Origin: Microthyrium microscopicum | Taxonomy: Eukaryota | NCBI GenBank assembly: GCA_010405405.1 | Contig: MU004238.1 | Span: 1,189,530 to 1,253,529 of the forward strand | Direction of reading: 5' to 3' | Length of the DNA: 64,000 bases | Part shown: positions 36,563-47,863 of the stretch, in pieces | Numbering within the stretch: position 1 is the stretch's first letter | How the letters are laid out: each line of letters opens with the position of its first letter | Made by a program: the position numbers and the translations under genes | Notes under the pieces: generated by a model | Seen by the model: only the letters and a program-made list of their open reading frames with translations | What the model was told of the DNA's origin: nothing | Database searches by the model: none

Positions 36563-37609
36563 ATGTCGAATCCATTTCAAGAGGCAGCTCAGAGACGACC
36601 CTCTGCGGCGGCATCTAGCTTGTCCAGTCAAACGACCTCAAAGACTGATGTTCAAATCGTCCAAGATGCTGGATGGAACGATTGGAACGATTTTCTCACT
36701 TCACTTCGCTCGAGCAGGATTTACACGGACGCAAAGGAAATAGTCCTCGCTCTTCGCATAAGTGCCGACAGAAAAGCGCAAAAGGTCGTTGAAGAGGTTG
36801 CTGCGCGGCATAAAATCGATCTATCCACACTTTCCAACACATCGTCGCCATTCCCAGCTCGAAAATCTCAGAGCACTGCCATCGCTGGACCGTCAACAAG
36901 CACGAGAGCAAGACCAGCCGCGCCCACACCCGAATCACCAACCTCATTCTTCGCACCAAGCGGAAGCGAACCGTCTATATACGCTCCTCGAATATCCGGA
37001 GCCATAGCACCGCCCTCATCGTTCATTCCTCGTCCGATAGCAAGCAATCCCTTCTCCAACAACATTCCGCAGCCCGCGGCTCATGCCTCTCCACCATTCA
37101 CGCACATTTCACCCACAAGCATCCACAAACCGCCGTCCTTGAGCAGGTCCAGCATGCCCACCTTCAGTCCAACCACTGCGCTGCCACAAGCAACCGCTAC
37201 CAGCACGTTTTCATCCAGTCATACCAAACGCAACTCGATCGCACCCTCCGACTCCATCTCCTGCGTCGGTCAGCGCCGCGTGCCCAAGGCCAGTAATATA
37301 CTCTGTCCACACGGCTCAGCCTTACAAAACTGCATACCAGAGAGCAGCCTGATCGGCGTGTCACTGATAGGAGAAGGTCTACCAATCGGGCTCTCACAAT
37401 CCCAGGCGACAGAACGGGCCGCGTACGCACGCGGAGAACGGGATGGATGGACGCTGGGCAACAAGCATGGCGAGGATGTAGGCTATGGAGATGGGTATGA
37501 TGAGGGGATTGAGCAGGGATATTTCGAGGCGATGGAGGACGTGAGAAAGTCGACGATAAATATGTATCGAGAGCAAAAGGAGAAGGGGTTTGGGCTGCGT
37601 GCTGGGTGA
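36563..37609 (+). CDS. Hypothetical Ser/Pro-rich protein with C-terminal GX3 repeat helix
   Basis: 348-codon intronless ORF from ATG 36563. C-terminal GERDGWTLGNKHGEDVGYGDGYDEGIEQG. Confidence 0.65.
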   Translation: MSNPFQEAAQRRPSAAASSLSSQTTSKTDVQIVQDAGWNDWNDFLTSLRSSRIYTDAKEIVLALRISADRKAQKVVEEVAARHKIDLSTLSNTSSPFPARKSQSTAIAGPSTSTRARPAAPTPESPTSFFAPSGSEPSIYAPRISGAIAPPSSFIPRPIASNPFSNNIPQPAAHASPPFTHISPTSIHKPPSLSRSSMPTFSPTTALPQATATSTFSSSHTKRNSIAPSDSISCVGQRRVPKASNILCPHGSALQNCIPESSLIGVSLIGEGLPIGLSQSQATERAAYARGERDGWTLGNKHGEDVGYGDGYDEGIEQGYFEAMEDVRKSTINMYREQKEKGFGLRAG

Positions 37610-37873
37610 TTAGGGGTAATGTTTACGGTTGAGGAACCGGTTGATATGGCGGATATGAGCGGGTTTGTTGGCCAGAGAATACCTTGAATTGGCTCATGGG
37701 GTGATCATTGTTGGTATCGACAATTTATTCATTTTTATGACACCTGGTCGTTGCGACCGACTGGTCAATGTGCATACACCGTGACTGACATGAGAGAATG
37801 AATCAACAGTTTTGTCATTTATCATAACGTAAAGTTCGTGGACTAGTGAAGGACGAATAAGGAGTACATCGTG

Positions 37874-38554
37874 CTAGGAACTACATCGAAGGCAGCGTCG
37901 CATGCTTGCTACACCAACTGAGCACATGTCACATACAGATCGTTGGCAGATATGGCACCTGGACTCTTCCACAATATAGTTCGAATCGATATCCATGGCA
38001 TTATCATCGCGTAGGCTTCCGTCGCAGTCGTTACATCGTAGATCGTCCAGGCATGTCTGAGTAGACAGCTCAGGCGTTGAAGTTGGGAAATGCATGGCTT
38101 GGTGCGGCAGAGTCCAAAAGGCGTGAAGTGTTCTTTGTGGTCGTGATATTGTTCTTGATGAAGAATCAAGAGGGGATGTGGCGGCGGACGTAGTGTCCTG
38201 TGTTTGTTTTTGAGCACCAAATAGTTTCTGTAAGGTGTTTTCTGAAGTATGAATTAGATCATGTCGCATTCAGTGCATATAATAGGAAGACTTACTGTGG
38301 ATGACGTCCTCGTCAGGTCTGTTGTCTCTGAATCTCTTGCGCGTCCGGCTATTTAGCCCATATCGCGTGTCGTCCTCCCAGTCATACGTCCATCCTGCTG
38401 AACAGAAAGACATATTGGTGTCTAGATCCATTGAAACCGCGTTTGGAAACTGCCGCACTGGTGTTGGGCTGACTGGATCTGATGGTGGAGAGAAAGATGA
38501 AGTTGATGATGAAGGCGATACATCGCATGATGACCGCTTGCGTTTAAGAGCCAT
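37874..38554 (-). CDS. Fungal hypothetical protein with C-terminal Cys zinc-binding cluster, 2 exons (intron 38295-38242)
   Basis: LNSRTRKRFRDNRPDEDVIH|KNTLQKLFGAQ, QRTLHAFW, and CNDC...CHIC...CDMC...CLRC. Confidence 0.85.
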
Positions 38555-39501
38555 TGTGATTGATATGGTGATTCTAAGTCTATGCGGCTAAGTGAGGTAA
38601 AATTGCTGATTAGAAAGATCAGGTCGATGGCTGGGAGCAGTATCGAAGTGGGAGTTGAATGAAGGATGTCGCGCTCAGACGCGACCTGGCACGACCAGGA
38701 CGCGCTTGAGTGGTTGCAGTTTTCAATCACCCCTGCCATGACATTCATGACATCCTTCTCTTTCACTATTCAAGTATTCACATTATTATCCTTACTTTTA
38801 TATTTACTACTAGTCGGGTATGATTAACTTTCAAGGGTCAGCCTCTTTGCTTCAATATATTTTGTTCCAGCTTTAAGCCAAGCGCTTTTGTAGCAGCATT
38901 TGCAAGAGTAGATAAAGCCACATGAGTGGCCGAGCACACCAGAACAATTCTATTAGTCCAGTCAGATATTTGTCTTTTTATGATTATCTTAATCTCATCT
39001 TATTTCCCAAATTTTTGTGCTTGTCTTGGCTTGTGTACTATAGAAATCTAAAGATGTACAATATCTGATATCTCATAGCAGATGGATTAGATTAGATTAG
39101 ATATCAAGTCTACTCCAAATGTTGCCACTTCTATACTTCAAATGTTCTACACCTTCGCTTCTTCAAAAGATAAGTTACGAGAACTTTGGTGCATTTCGGC
39201 ATAATCAAGCACCCAGTATCTGCGGGCAGTTACTGGTCGACAAACACGGCTGGCTGTTGCTCAACTGTTGCTCAGGGACTGTCTTAGACTGTGTACGCTG
39301 GACATGATTAGGCTGCGACAAAATATCGGTAGGGCGTGAACCGTGGTTGTAGGTTGTAAGAATCGCAAGGAAAGCTACAAAAGAAGCAAGACGAAGGGTA
39401 TCGAAATCCCTTATCCCTTGTTTACAAGGTACCCATCTTGCATCAAACTCTTATCCCTCATCAAGCTACTCTAGCACTCTGCCTCTATCCCCAAGGGTAT
39501 C

Positions 39502-41485
39502 ATGGCTGATTTGATATCCGCAGAAATGAGTAAGATATTCCCACATCAAACAGTCCTTTCTTAACGCAAACACTCGCTGTTAACCACATAGCATGCTCCC
39601 TTCAAGTGAGCTGCCTATGATCTTAAGCGACTAACAGCCTTTAGGTAGCCTAGCTCTCCTCGAGTCTGATACCAAGAAACGTATTCAAGACGCCCGTAAT
39701 CTACTTGCAGAGCTTGATTTCTTTCTGGCTATCGCTTGTTCAGAAAAGAAATTCGATATAAACAATGCGAAAGCTTTCCGATCCAGAATTATCACTGAGA
39801 TTCGCAACTTAGAAAAGGTATGAGGCGCAACGACATGGCAAAATAAATGGCGTTCTCCCATCAACTCTGATGACAGCTACCAGAGCTCTTGAGCAAAACG
39901 TGCTATATTTCCCATTGTATTCGATAAATCATTCGAATCTGAACATCCTCCATGGCAAATAAAGCACTTGATAAGCGGGCGTAGCGTCTGCGAGCCAACG
40001 AGGCTGATGGGAGCGCCCCATTTATTTTGCCAAACCATTGCCAGTAAGCGGTCCAAAACTAACAGTTTGTAGTTATCATCGTCTAGAGTAACCGATCAAG
40101 ATAGGATTAAACTAGACTCGTCGAACCTTTCGTTCTTTGAGGCTATTTGGAATGTTGCGAAACAATCTGCTGGTGTGACGGGAATCCGCAGCCATTTGAC
40201 AGCAAACTACACCATCAAATGTGATATTGTTGCTGAAGGCGGATCGAAATTGATCAAAGTTTTAACAATAAGTGAAAAGCGTCTTGTAAGTCGAAATATT
40301 GTTGCTAGGATTCCGCCGCTCCTCCAGGGACGAGATAAGTAAGCCGTTTAGATGGGGCTCCAATCGATTATGATGGGAATAGTCGTCGAAGCAGCTCACT
40401 TATTTTGTCCCCGAAGAGTCTCCACCGCTTCGAATTTTTAGGCTACAGAATCATCAGCACTAACCTTCGAACAGTTATACGAAATGGCAGCACAGGGCTG
40501 GCACTGGGACGACCCTGACTCTGATTCCGAGACTGAGTCCGATGAAGAACACGGTCGCGAAAAGGATGACGATCTCCCAGAACTCTCTCTTTTCAAGATC
40601 GCTCGAGCTCTCATCGATCAGGTCAAAGACACCAGAGTCCGGTATCGACGCCCTCGCTTAGTTCTGACATTAACCAGGCTACGCGAAGGCTCAGTCAGTG
40701 CGATCGATACTATTCTCACAAAAATCCGATCCATGGGAGTGGAAATTGTTTGTGGAAACAACTTGCCGCCACCGATATCAATACAAGATGCCCTTTCAAC
40801 AATGCTCTACGATGATACGGAACGCCTCACGAAAACATTGAACGTGGACTGTACCTTATTGTTAGCTTTAGTATCTGACATCACCAACTCGGTTGTCCAA
40901 GAGAAGCCATCGTTCAACAGAGCGCTTAAGCGCCAACTCGAAATCGAGGCCAAGGAACAACTACTGTTGAACGTCTTGGGACCAATCATCAAAGATCGCA
41001 AGCTTGTTTGTTCGTACGAAGCAGCGAAAACAATGCGAGACATCACAGAGTTTATTGGCACCCCCACCGAAAGAGCTAGATTGGAGACCATCATGGCGAA
41101 GCCGGAGGACAAACGCAGTCAGAAAGAGGTACAGAATGCTTTCCAGCAATACTCCTGCTATCATATCTCGGACAGTTGGAACTTTCCCATTGAGATCTGG
41201 GATGATGTGGCAATTGATGATCCAAGATTGCCTGAATTCGCTAGCGAAGCGGTCTCTGGATTCAACCCAGTGACCAAGTCAGTCTTCCTGAATGGATGGG
41301 CCCACGGTATCACGACAATAACCTCAAACAAAGGCGCTGTATGTGCATTACAGCGAGACGTTGAAGCGGCAAGACAGTCCAATGAGGAAGTCGGGCCGGA
41401 AGTGTGGTTCTGCAAAACTTCTCGATCTCTAATGGCTAAGGAGAAGGATCGAAGGGATGCATCGTCACAGAAAGCTCTCGAATGA
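39502..41485 (+). CDS. DUF1308 (C7orf25/UPF0415-like) protein, 4 exons (39502-39529, 39645-39817, 40073-40285, 40475-41485)
   Basis: Motifs SSNLSFFEAIWNVAK, DIVAEGGSKLIKVLTISEKRL|LYEMAAQGW, LNVDCTLLLALVSDI, IGTPTERAR and TTITSN. Exon phases are consistent. Confidence 0.85.
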
Positions 41486-41829
41486 GGATCGATTTATGTC
41501 ACTTCGAGTGAGCTTCCGTCATCGCTATGCTGGTTCACGCTATGGACACGAGGCTACGACCATATAAAGGCTGAAGTTGTATATACTTAAAAGGTAGTTA
41601 TAATGAAGAGCGTCTAATAATGAATGCATGATAATACAAACCGCTTCGAAATGCCGACTCAAACAAACGCTGAAGCCAATTCGTCATACCATCATGATTG
41701 AGTGCTCAAAAGCAGCAACGTAAAACGCTCAATTTTTTAATCCCGACCCGCTATGGTATCCAAGCAATCCCAAAATCCATAAAACCAACTCATTGTGTCG
41801 TAATGTCTGAAGCGGAAAGAAGGCCATGT

Positions 41830-43170
41830 TCAAACTTGTTCCTCCTGCTCCAACTTCGCTGCTATTTCAGCAGCTTTCTCAAAGCATGTACTTAGCGCCA
41901 GTTGCGAATTCCACTCTGGCAGGTCCCATACTTTGATAGTTTTGTTCCCGACTTTCTCTTCGCGGGTACCAGCCTCCCTCGCCTTTACTTTTGCTAGCTT
42001 GAGCCATTCTGTCCACGCTGGATGAGACGGCACAGCGGAACTTCGAACGGCCCATTCAGTTTCCTTGGTGACTACTATGGCTTTCCAGAGAGCAGTGGTG
42101 AAGGTCTTGTTGTAGTCAATGTATTTCCTGCCATGTCGCGCTTCTGGGAGCTCGCTGTCGCACGGAGCGATGACTTGATCCTCAACCACAAAGCAGGAAA
42201 CATCCCAGTGAAGACGACTGGGTAAGGCAGCGACTATCCAGTAGAGAACGTTCATGATAATGTAGGAGCCAGCGATGCCTAATTGGAGGTACACGGATGC
42301 GTTTCCCAGAAAGATGACGCCAAACATGAGCGTTATAGTCCCGACCAGAGATATCAAGCGATACTCCCATGCTTCTTGAATAAGGTATTCGATGTCCTCT
42401 GGAGCGAAGAAGAGTTCTCTCGCAACATCTTCAGTGCATTGTACGATAAGGAAACTACCCTTGGCATATCGGATGACTACATCTCCCGGAGGCGTAAATT
42501 GGTTCTTGTTCAGCCGCTTGGGTAGTTGGAGTTTCCATTTGTTTGCAATTCCGACCAGTGATGATAAAAAGGACAGCAGGATGATAGATAGCAATGCCAT
42601 TCCATCTCTTTCTCTAATTGCAAAAGCAAACGTTATGATTGATAGAGAGCAACCGGTCACTGCGACAAACCAGAGCGGTCCATACGCTTTGGATGTTATA
42701 GACTCGTTCTTCGTCGAATTGTGTTTCTTAGCTTCGAGGCTATGAGAGTCATCGTGGGCTCCGGGCTCGTGCTTGCGTTTAATCTCGACACATCGGACGG
42801 AGTAAGCTGGGTAGTGTTCCGAGTTTCTATATAAAGGTCTGTTAGTATGTACGATTTAATTGTGGCCCGTGTTACGAGATATTCGAGGATTGGCTTACAC
42901 TAAAATATGGCCAATATGATTGATGTAATCCCTAACATTACCAGACCGAACAGCAGTAGTATAACCGTTGTGCGACTTTAGCTTATGGGCGCGAGAAGGT
43001 TGAATGAGTGCCTGTGGGGCGGGCATGAAGCGTGGAAGATATGTGACTTGAGAGAGAGCTGCGACTTGGGCATTGATAAGAACTGAGCCCTCTCCTAGCA
43101 CGGCAAGAAAACCGACGATATCAAGTTGAATGCTCTCGATGCCGCCTTTGATCCAGTGGAAGTAACCCAT
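41830..43170 (-). CDS. Fungal membrane protein of unknown function, 2 exons (intron 42898-42827)
   Basis: LDIVGFLAVLGEGSV, LPRFMPAPQAL, GDVVIRY, VARELFF, several TM helices, FTTALWKAI. Confidence 0.85.
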
Positions 43171-45233
43171 GTTGAAGGATGCCGATATGGATATTTTACA
43201 TTACTGAGGGCGTTCATGAGGAAGTTTATGCTCGAAAGATATATGGAAAACTAGAACTGCAAGGCTTATAAACAAGAACGCTATGCATTACTAGCAGTAC
43301 AAACTGGAACCATTGCGGATGGTAACTCGAGGCCGGAGTACAGAGAGTGATCAAGTGAAGAAGAGGCAAGCAATTGAAGAAAATAGTCTGGCCATGGCAT
43401 TCGATGCGCCACAGAAAGCCAAGCGCTGTTGGCTCTCGGCGGCTGCTTTTGAGCTTCAGTGTTTCCTGAGCCTACGGACTTGGAGCCACAGGTCAATGTC
43501 GAACAGCTAGTTTGTGCATAAGAGCTTACACAAGCTTTGGCAGTTGGTCAGGTTGACACATGCACGAGTACAAGAGCGTGATGATATCTCTCGAGTCTCG
43601 ACATGTAGTGTCTTGGCTTGAAGAGCTATGTCTGAAAACGGACTGGATACTGTACAGCGACCCGAGTTGCGGCTAGGATGGAATCAAAAACGGGTAAAAA
43701 GAGCGGGAACAAGATTATGTAAGATCCGATTGACTCGCCATCGAACGGTACTGAAACCATACGGCAAAGATGGAGGCTGGAGAAGTATGAAATTGGCTGG
43801 GCTCCTGGTTCTCGAACGCAGCATCCCAGTAACATCTGAACCCCCGCAGTGGGTGCTTCGTTGAACAGACGAGGCATCATGGCCAAAGTGATTGCTAGAG
43901 GGCGTATTTTGAGGTCTGAGATTGGTGAGTGAAGGCTCATAAGGGGGCTGTGTGCACTAGCCTTGCCGAATTGCTCTAGAGTACAGATGGGCGTGGGTAC
44001 AGCAGGAGAACAGTACACAAATTGTAAGATCTTCAATTCTGCCTTGCGGACCGACAACCTGCGAGGCCCTGAATGTGCATTTGATAGCTCTGGTAGCGCT
44101 CTATCAGTCTTTGGCATCTGTCTACTGGTCCACTGAGTAGCTGTACTAAATAGAAGGCGATCCCTACAACGCCGGTTGATAGTTAGTGAGCTCTGAGCCT
44201 TGACTGCTGTTGCGCCCAAGTTGTCCGTAAAGATCAAACTACTGGTGACTTTGGTTTAGGTACTGGCACGTAGGTTGGCCGCCAAACTCAAAGGGAGAGT
44301 GAGAACGGACCCCATCCTGGAGATACCTACACCACGACCCTCAAACATCGCACCTCTCTTCTTCCTCTAACTTCATCCACTTCCAGAGGCGACCAAATCA
44401 ACAACTATCACCAAGGTCATCTACACATCCCTTATCAAGATTTGGCCACTGCTTGCGCGCCCTTCTCTAGGTTAACAACTCTCACCCTGGTCGCGGAATT
44501 GTCGTGGGTCGTTGTGCCTGATCGCACTTGCTGCGCCACGAAATCCAAGGTTGATTCGTAAAAAGACGACGTCGCAGAATTATTTCGAAAGGCGGCAATA
44601 AAGGTGTTCCAAGAGGCCGTTTGCGACAAGGCATCCTCTTTTCTCACCGGATTCAAAGTCAAACATCTACCACCAAGAAACGGTTTGAGCGCTTCCTTCT
44701 TCTACCACGGCTCCGCCTCACTCAGCCTACGGGATTGACTCCTCGTCGAGCTCCCCGTAATCTATCAAATCCGGAGCTTTTAAAGCCTGTCAAAGGCTTT
44801 TCTGCTGGATCAATAGGAGGTTCGTTCTTCTTGATAAATGAAGCTTGTATGTCTATCTGCTTCTTCGAGTCCTTTTACTCTTCTACCCTTTTTGTCACTC
44901 TGCCCGTTTTCACCAGCTTATACACCAGATCTGGTGGATGATTTCAATTAGCTCAAATTTCCTCATATCTTTGCGCCATGGTTCGTCCATATCCAGAACG
45001 ACGTCTCAAACTAAACAAAAGCTGGCCACAAGGTGTCCCAGGCCCTCCACTGTATGCGCGCAATGTTCTATTCTTGTTATTTCTATAGCCGTTTTGGTCG
45101 CTGTTGGGCTGCGAAAATGCATTTGTGATTTTCGTCTGCGAAGATCTCGCCAAAAGCGCATTTTTATCGATTATGTGAGAGCTCTGCTGACTTTGGCCAT
45201 AGTCGTACATCAGGAGGTGCTTGTGGACAATAC

Positions 45234-47251
45234 ATGAGCCCAAAACTTGATATCGATCTGGACGGATCAACTTTAAAACCATCACTGGGTTTAATACTCG
45301 CACTGTTTGCGGGAACCCTTGTTCTTATGAAAGGCATATTTAGATCTCGGAATCGGAACAAACGTGTCAAAACCACCAGTGATATGCTCAAAGAATCCCT
45401 GGAAGGTGGGTCAGGTACCAGTCCTACAACTCCGGAGGAACGGAGAAGGAATTATGAGCAAGACCTCAAGCTCCTCACGAAAAACGACAATAGCGTTACG
45501 TGGTATAAGAAGTCTCAAGATGTCGCCACGCCCCAGGAAGTGGAAGCCAACCAGATCGTCATCAGCATTCGAGAGGATGAACGAGACAGGCTTTTCGGCA
45601 ATCTAGCCAGTGAGGCCATTCCTGGCGACGAAACTCGGGATATGGGTGGGCAGTTTCTCACGAACAAAGAGCGGATCCAGCAAAGCATAGTATATAAAAT
45701 TGCTTGCAAAATGCCGAAAGGCGCACATCTCCATCTGCACTTCAACGCAGAACTTCCACCGGACCAATTAATACAAAAGGCGAAGGAGCGGCCATATAAC
45801 ATGTTTGTGAGAAGTACAATGCCCCTGGTTGATGCAAACTCCTTCAGAGAGACGGAAATGGTTTTCAGTGTATTAGAAGCCGGCACGCAAGTCTACGATA
45901 TCTTCTCGCCAGATTATATCCCTCGGTGGAACAAGAACATGCATCCCCAGGATGTGAAATGCTGGATGCTGTGGAAAGACTTCAGCGACAGATTTCCATC
46001 AGAAGTAAGAAGGCTAAATCCTCAAGTTCAATGGAGTGATCCAGCGACGGACAAATCTCTCGAGGATCCAGACAAGTGGATCAAGCAGAAAATGATTCTG
46101 AGCGAAGATGAAGTCTACGGGTTAAACCAAACAACCAACGGGTATGTAAAACTCATCATGTTCCGAGCGAGAATTTGCTAACTCGCGACAGTGTCTGGGC
46201 TCGCTTCAATCAAGCTACCCGCTGCTTTAAAGGCCTCATGAACTATGAATCAGTATATCGCTGGTACATTGGTCAAGCAATCGACAATATGATAGACGAT
46301 GGGGTAATGTATGCCGAATTACGGCCTATGCTTCTAGACAAATACATTCCAAGTGATGACGGCTCTACACAATTAAACCACGACCGACAAATGGAGATCA
46401 TACAGGAGGAAGTGGCAAAGAAGCAGGCAGAACTCAAAGCGCAAGGCAAGGGCGACAAATTCCCATTCGGCCTCAAAATCATATACTGTGCGCCTCGATC
46501 AATTCCTCTCTCAATGATGCGGACGGAAATTGCGGACTGCATCAAACTAAAGAAGAAGTTTGGCGACCTCATATGTGGATTCGATCTCGTGGGTGCGGAG
46601 GATCGCCCCAACCACATTGGATTCTACCGCGACTTGCTATTGGAAATGCAAGACGAATGCCGAGATGATCCGATTCCTTACATGTTCCATGCTGGAGAGA
46701 CACTTTTGGATATGGGTGGTTCCAAGAACCCCAACAACTCCAATCTCTACGATGCTGTTCTATTGAACGCAAAACGCATCGGTCATGGCTTCTCACTGCT
46801 CAAGCATCCAAAACTCGTGGACGAGTTCAAGAAGCGCAACATATGTATTGAGCTCTGCCCGACTTCCAACGAGCTTTTACATCTGTGTCGGAACATCAAA
46901 GAGCATCCATATCCCGAAATACTCGCTGCTGGTATTCCCTGCACGGTAAACAGCGACAACCCTTCTCTCTTCAGGTAAAATCCCCTTCCAAGCTTCTCGC
47001 CAAATTGAAACTAATCTGCTCCTAGCAACTCGGTGTCCTTTGAGTTCTACCAGATATTGGTCGGGTCACCTACCATGAATCTCCATGGCTGGCGACAACT
47101 CGCCGAGTGGAGTATAGAATACAGCTGTCTGAGCAAAGACGAACAGAAGCGTGCTATGGAGATTTTCCACCGCGAATGGGCCAAATTCTGTGATTGGATC
47201 ATCGAGGAGTTCGGCAGCCATGCGAAAAGCCTTGGTCCGCTCCCACTCTAG
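45234..47251 (+). CDS. Adenosine deaminase, ADGF/CECR1-type, 3 exons (introns 46142-46191, 46975-47025)
   Basis: Motifs MPKGAHLHLH, YAELR, GFDLVGAED, FHAGET, RIGHGF, ELCPTSN and VNSDNP. N-terminal hydrophobic segment. Confidence 0.93.
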
Positions 47252-47863
47252 ACATTGGTTTCAGCAGAGTATAATGATTTTCCCCCACAACTATGCCAGG
47301 CTCTACAGGTTGAAGCAGTGCTATTTGAATCGCCCTAGTTCTTGGTTCTCGTTGGTTGTTTCACGACTACACGACATACCGAGTCACCGACCATATCTTT
47401 TCGCAAGGAATTGGCAGTGAGTCGGAACGGCGATGGTAAGCATACGCAGTCTTTCGCTATGCATGGCATGTTTTGTAACAGTATATGCTAGATGCCAAGA
47501 ATTGGGATGCCATGTAAGGCGACTGGATTGCTCCATGATCGAGATTTTTGAAGACAGTAGTGATTTCTTTGAATGGCACTGTAGAGTGTCCATTAGCTAG
47601 GTATTAGATCACTCACGCAAGTCAATGAAGCACTTCACATTAGGAGAAAACTTGAAACTTGGGTTGGCATCGGCATCGATAGAAATGATAGGTTGAATTT
47701 TGAGTACACCTTAATCTACGGGAAGGCTTTGAGACCAAGTAATAGTAGTGCTACACAAGACTGTGTATCCAGGGACAGTTGAGTGTATCCATTTTGTTTC
47801 TCCGAAGCAAGCCCAACGCTCCAATGCAATGCTAAAGTTGATTTATTTTGATCTGTATCCAAC

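Noticed and set aside
39085..39102. (GATTA)n short repeat
   Set aside because: Only ~3 copies, not a telomeric TTAGGG tract.
43626..44237. 203-aa minus-strand ORF
   Set aside because: Non-ATG start, no motifs, and located in a divergent promoter region.
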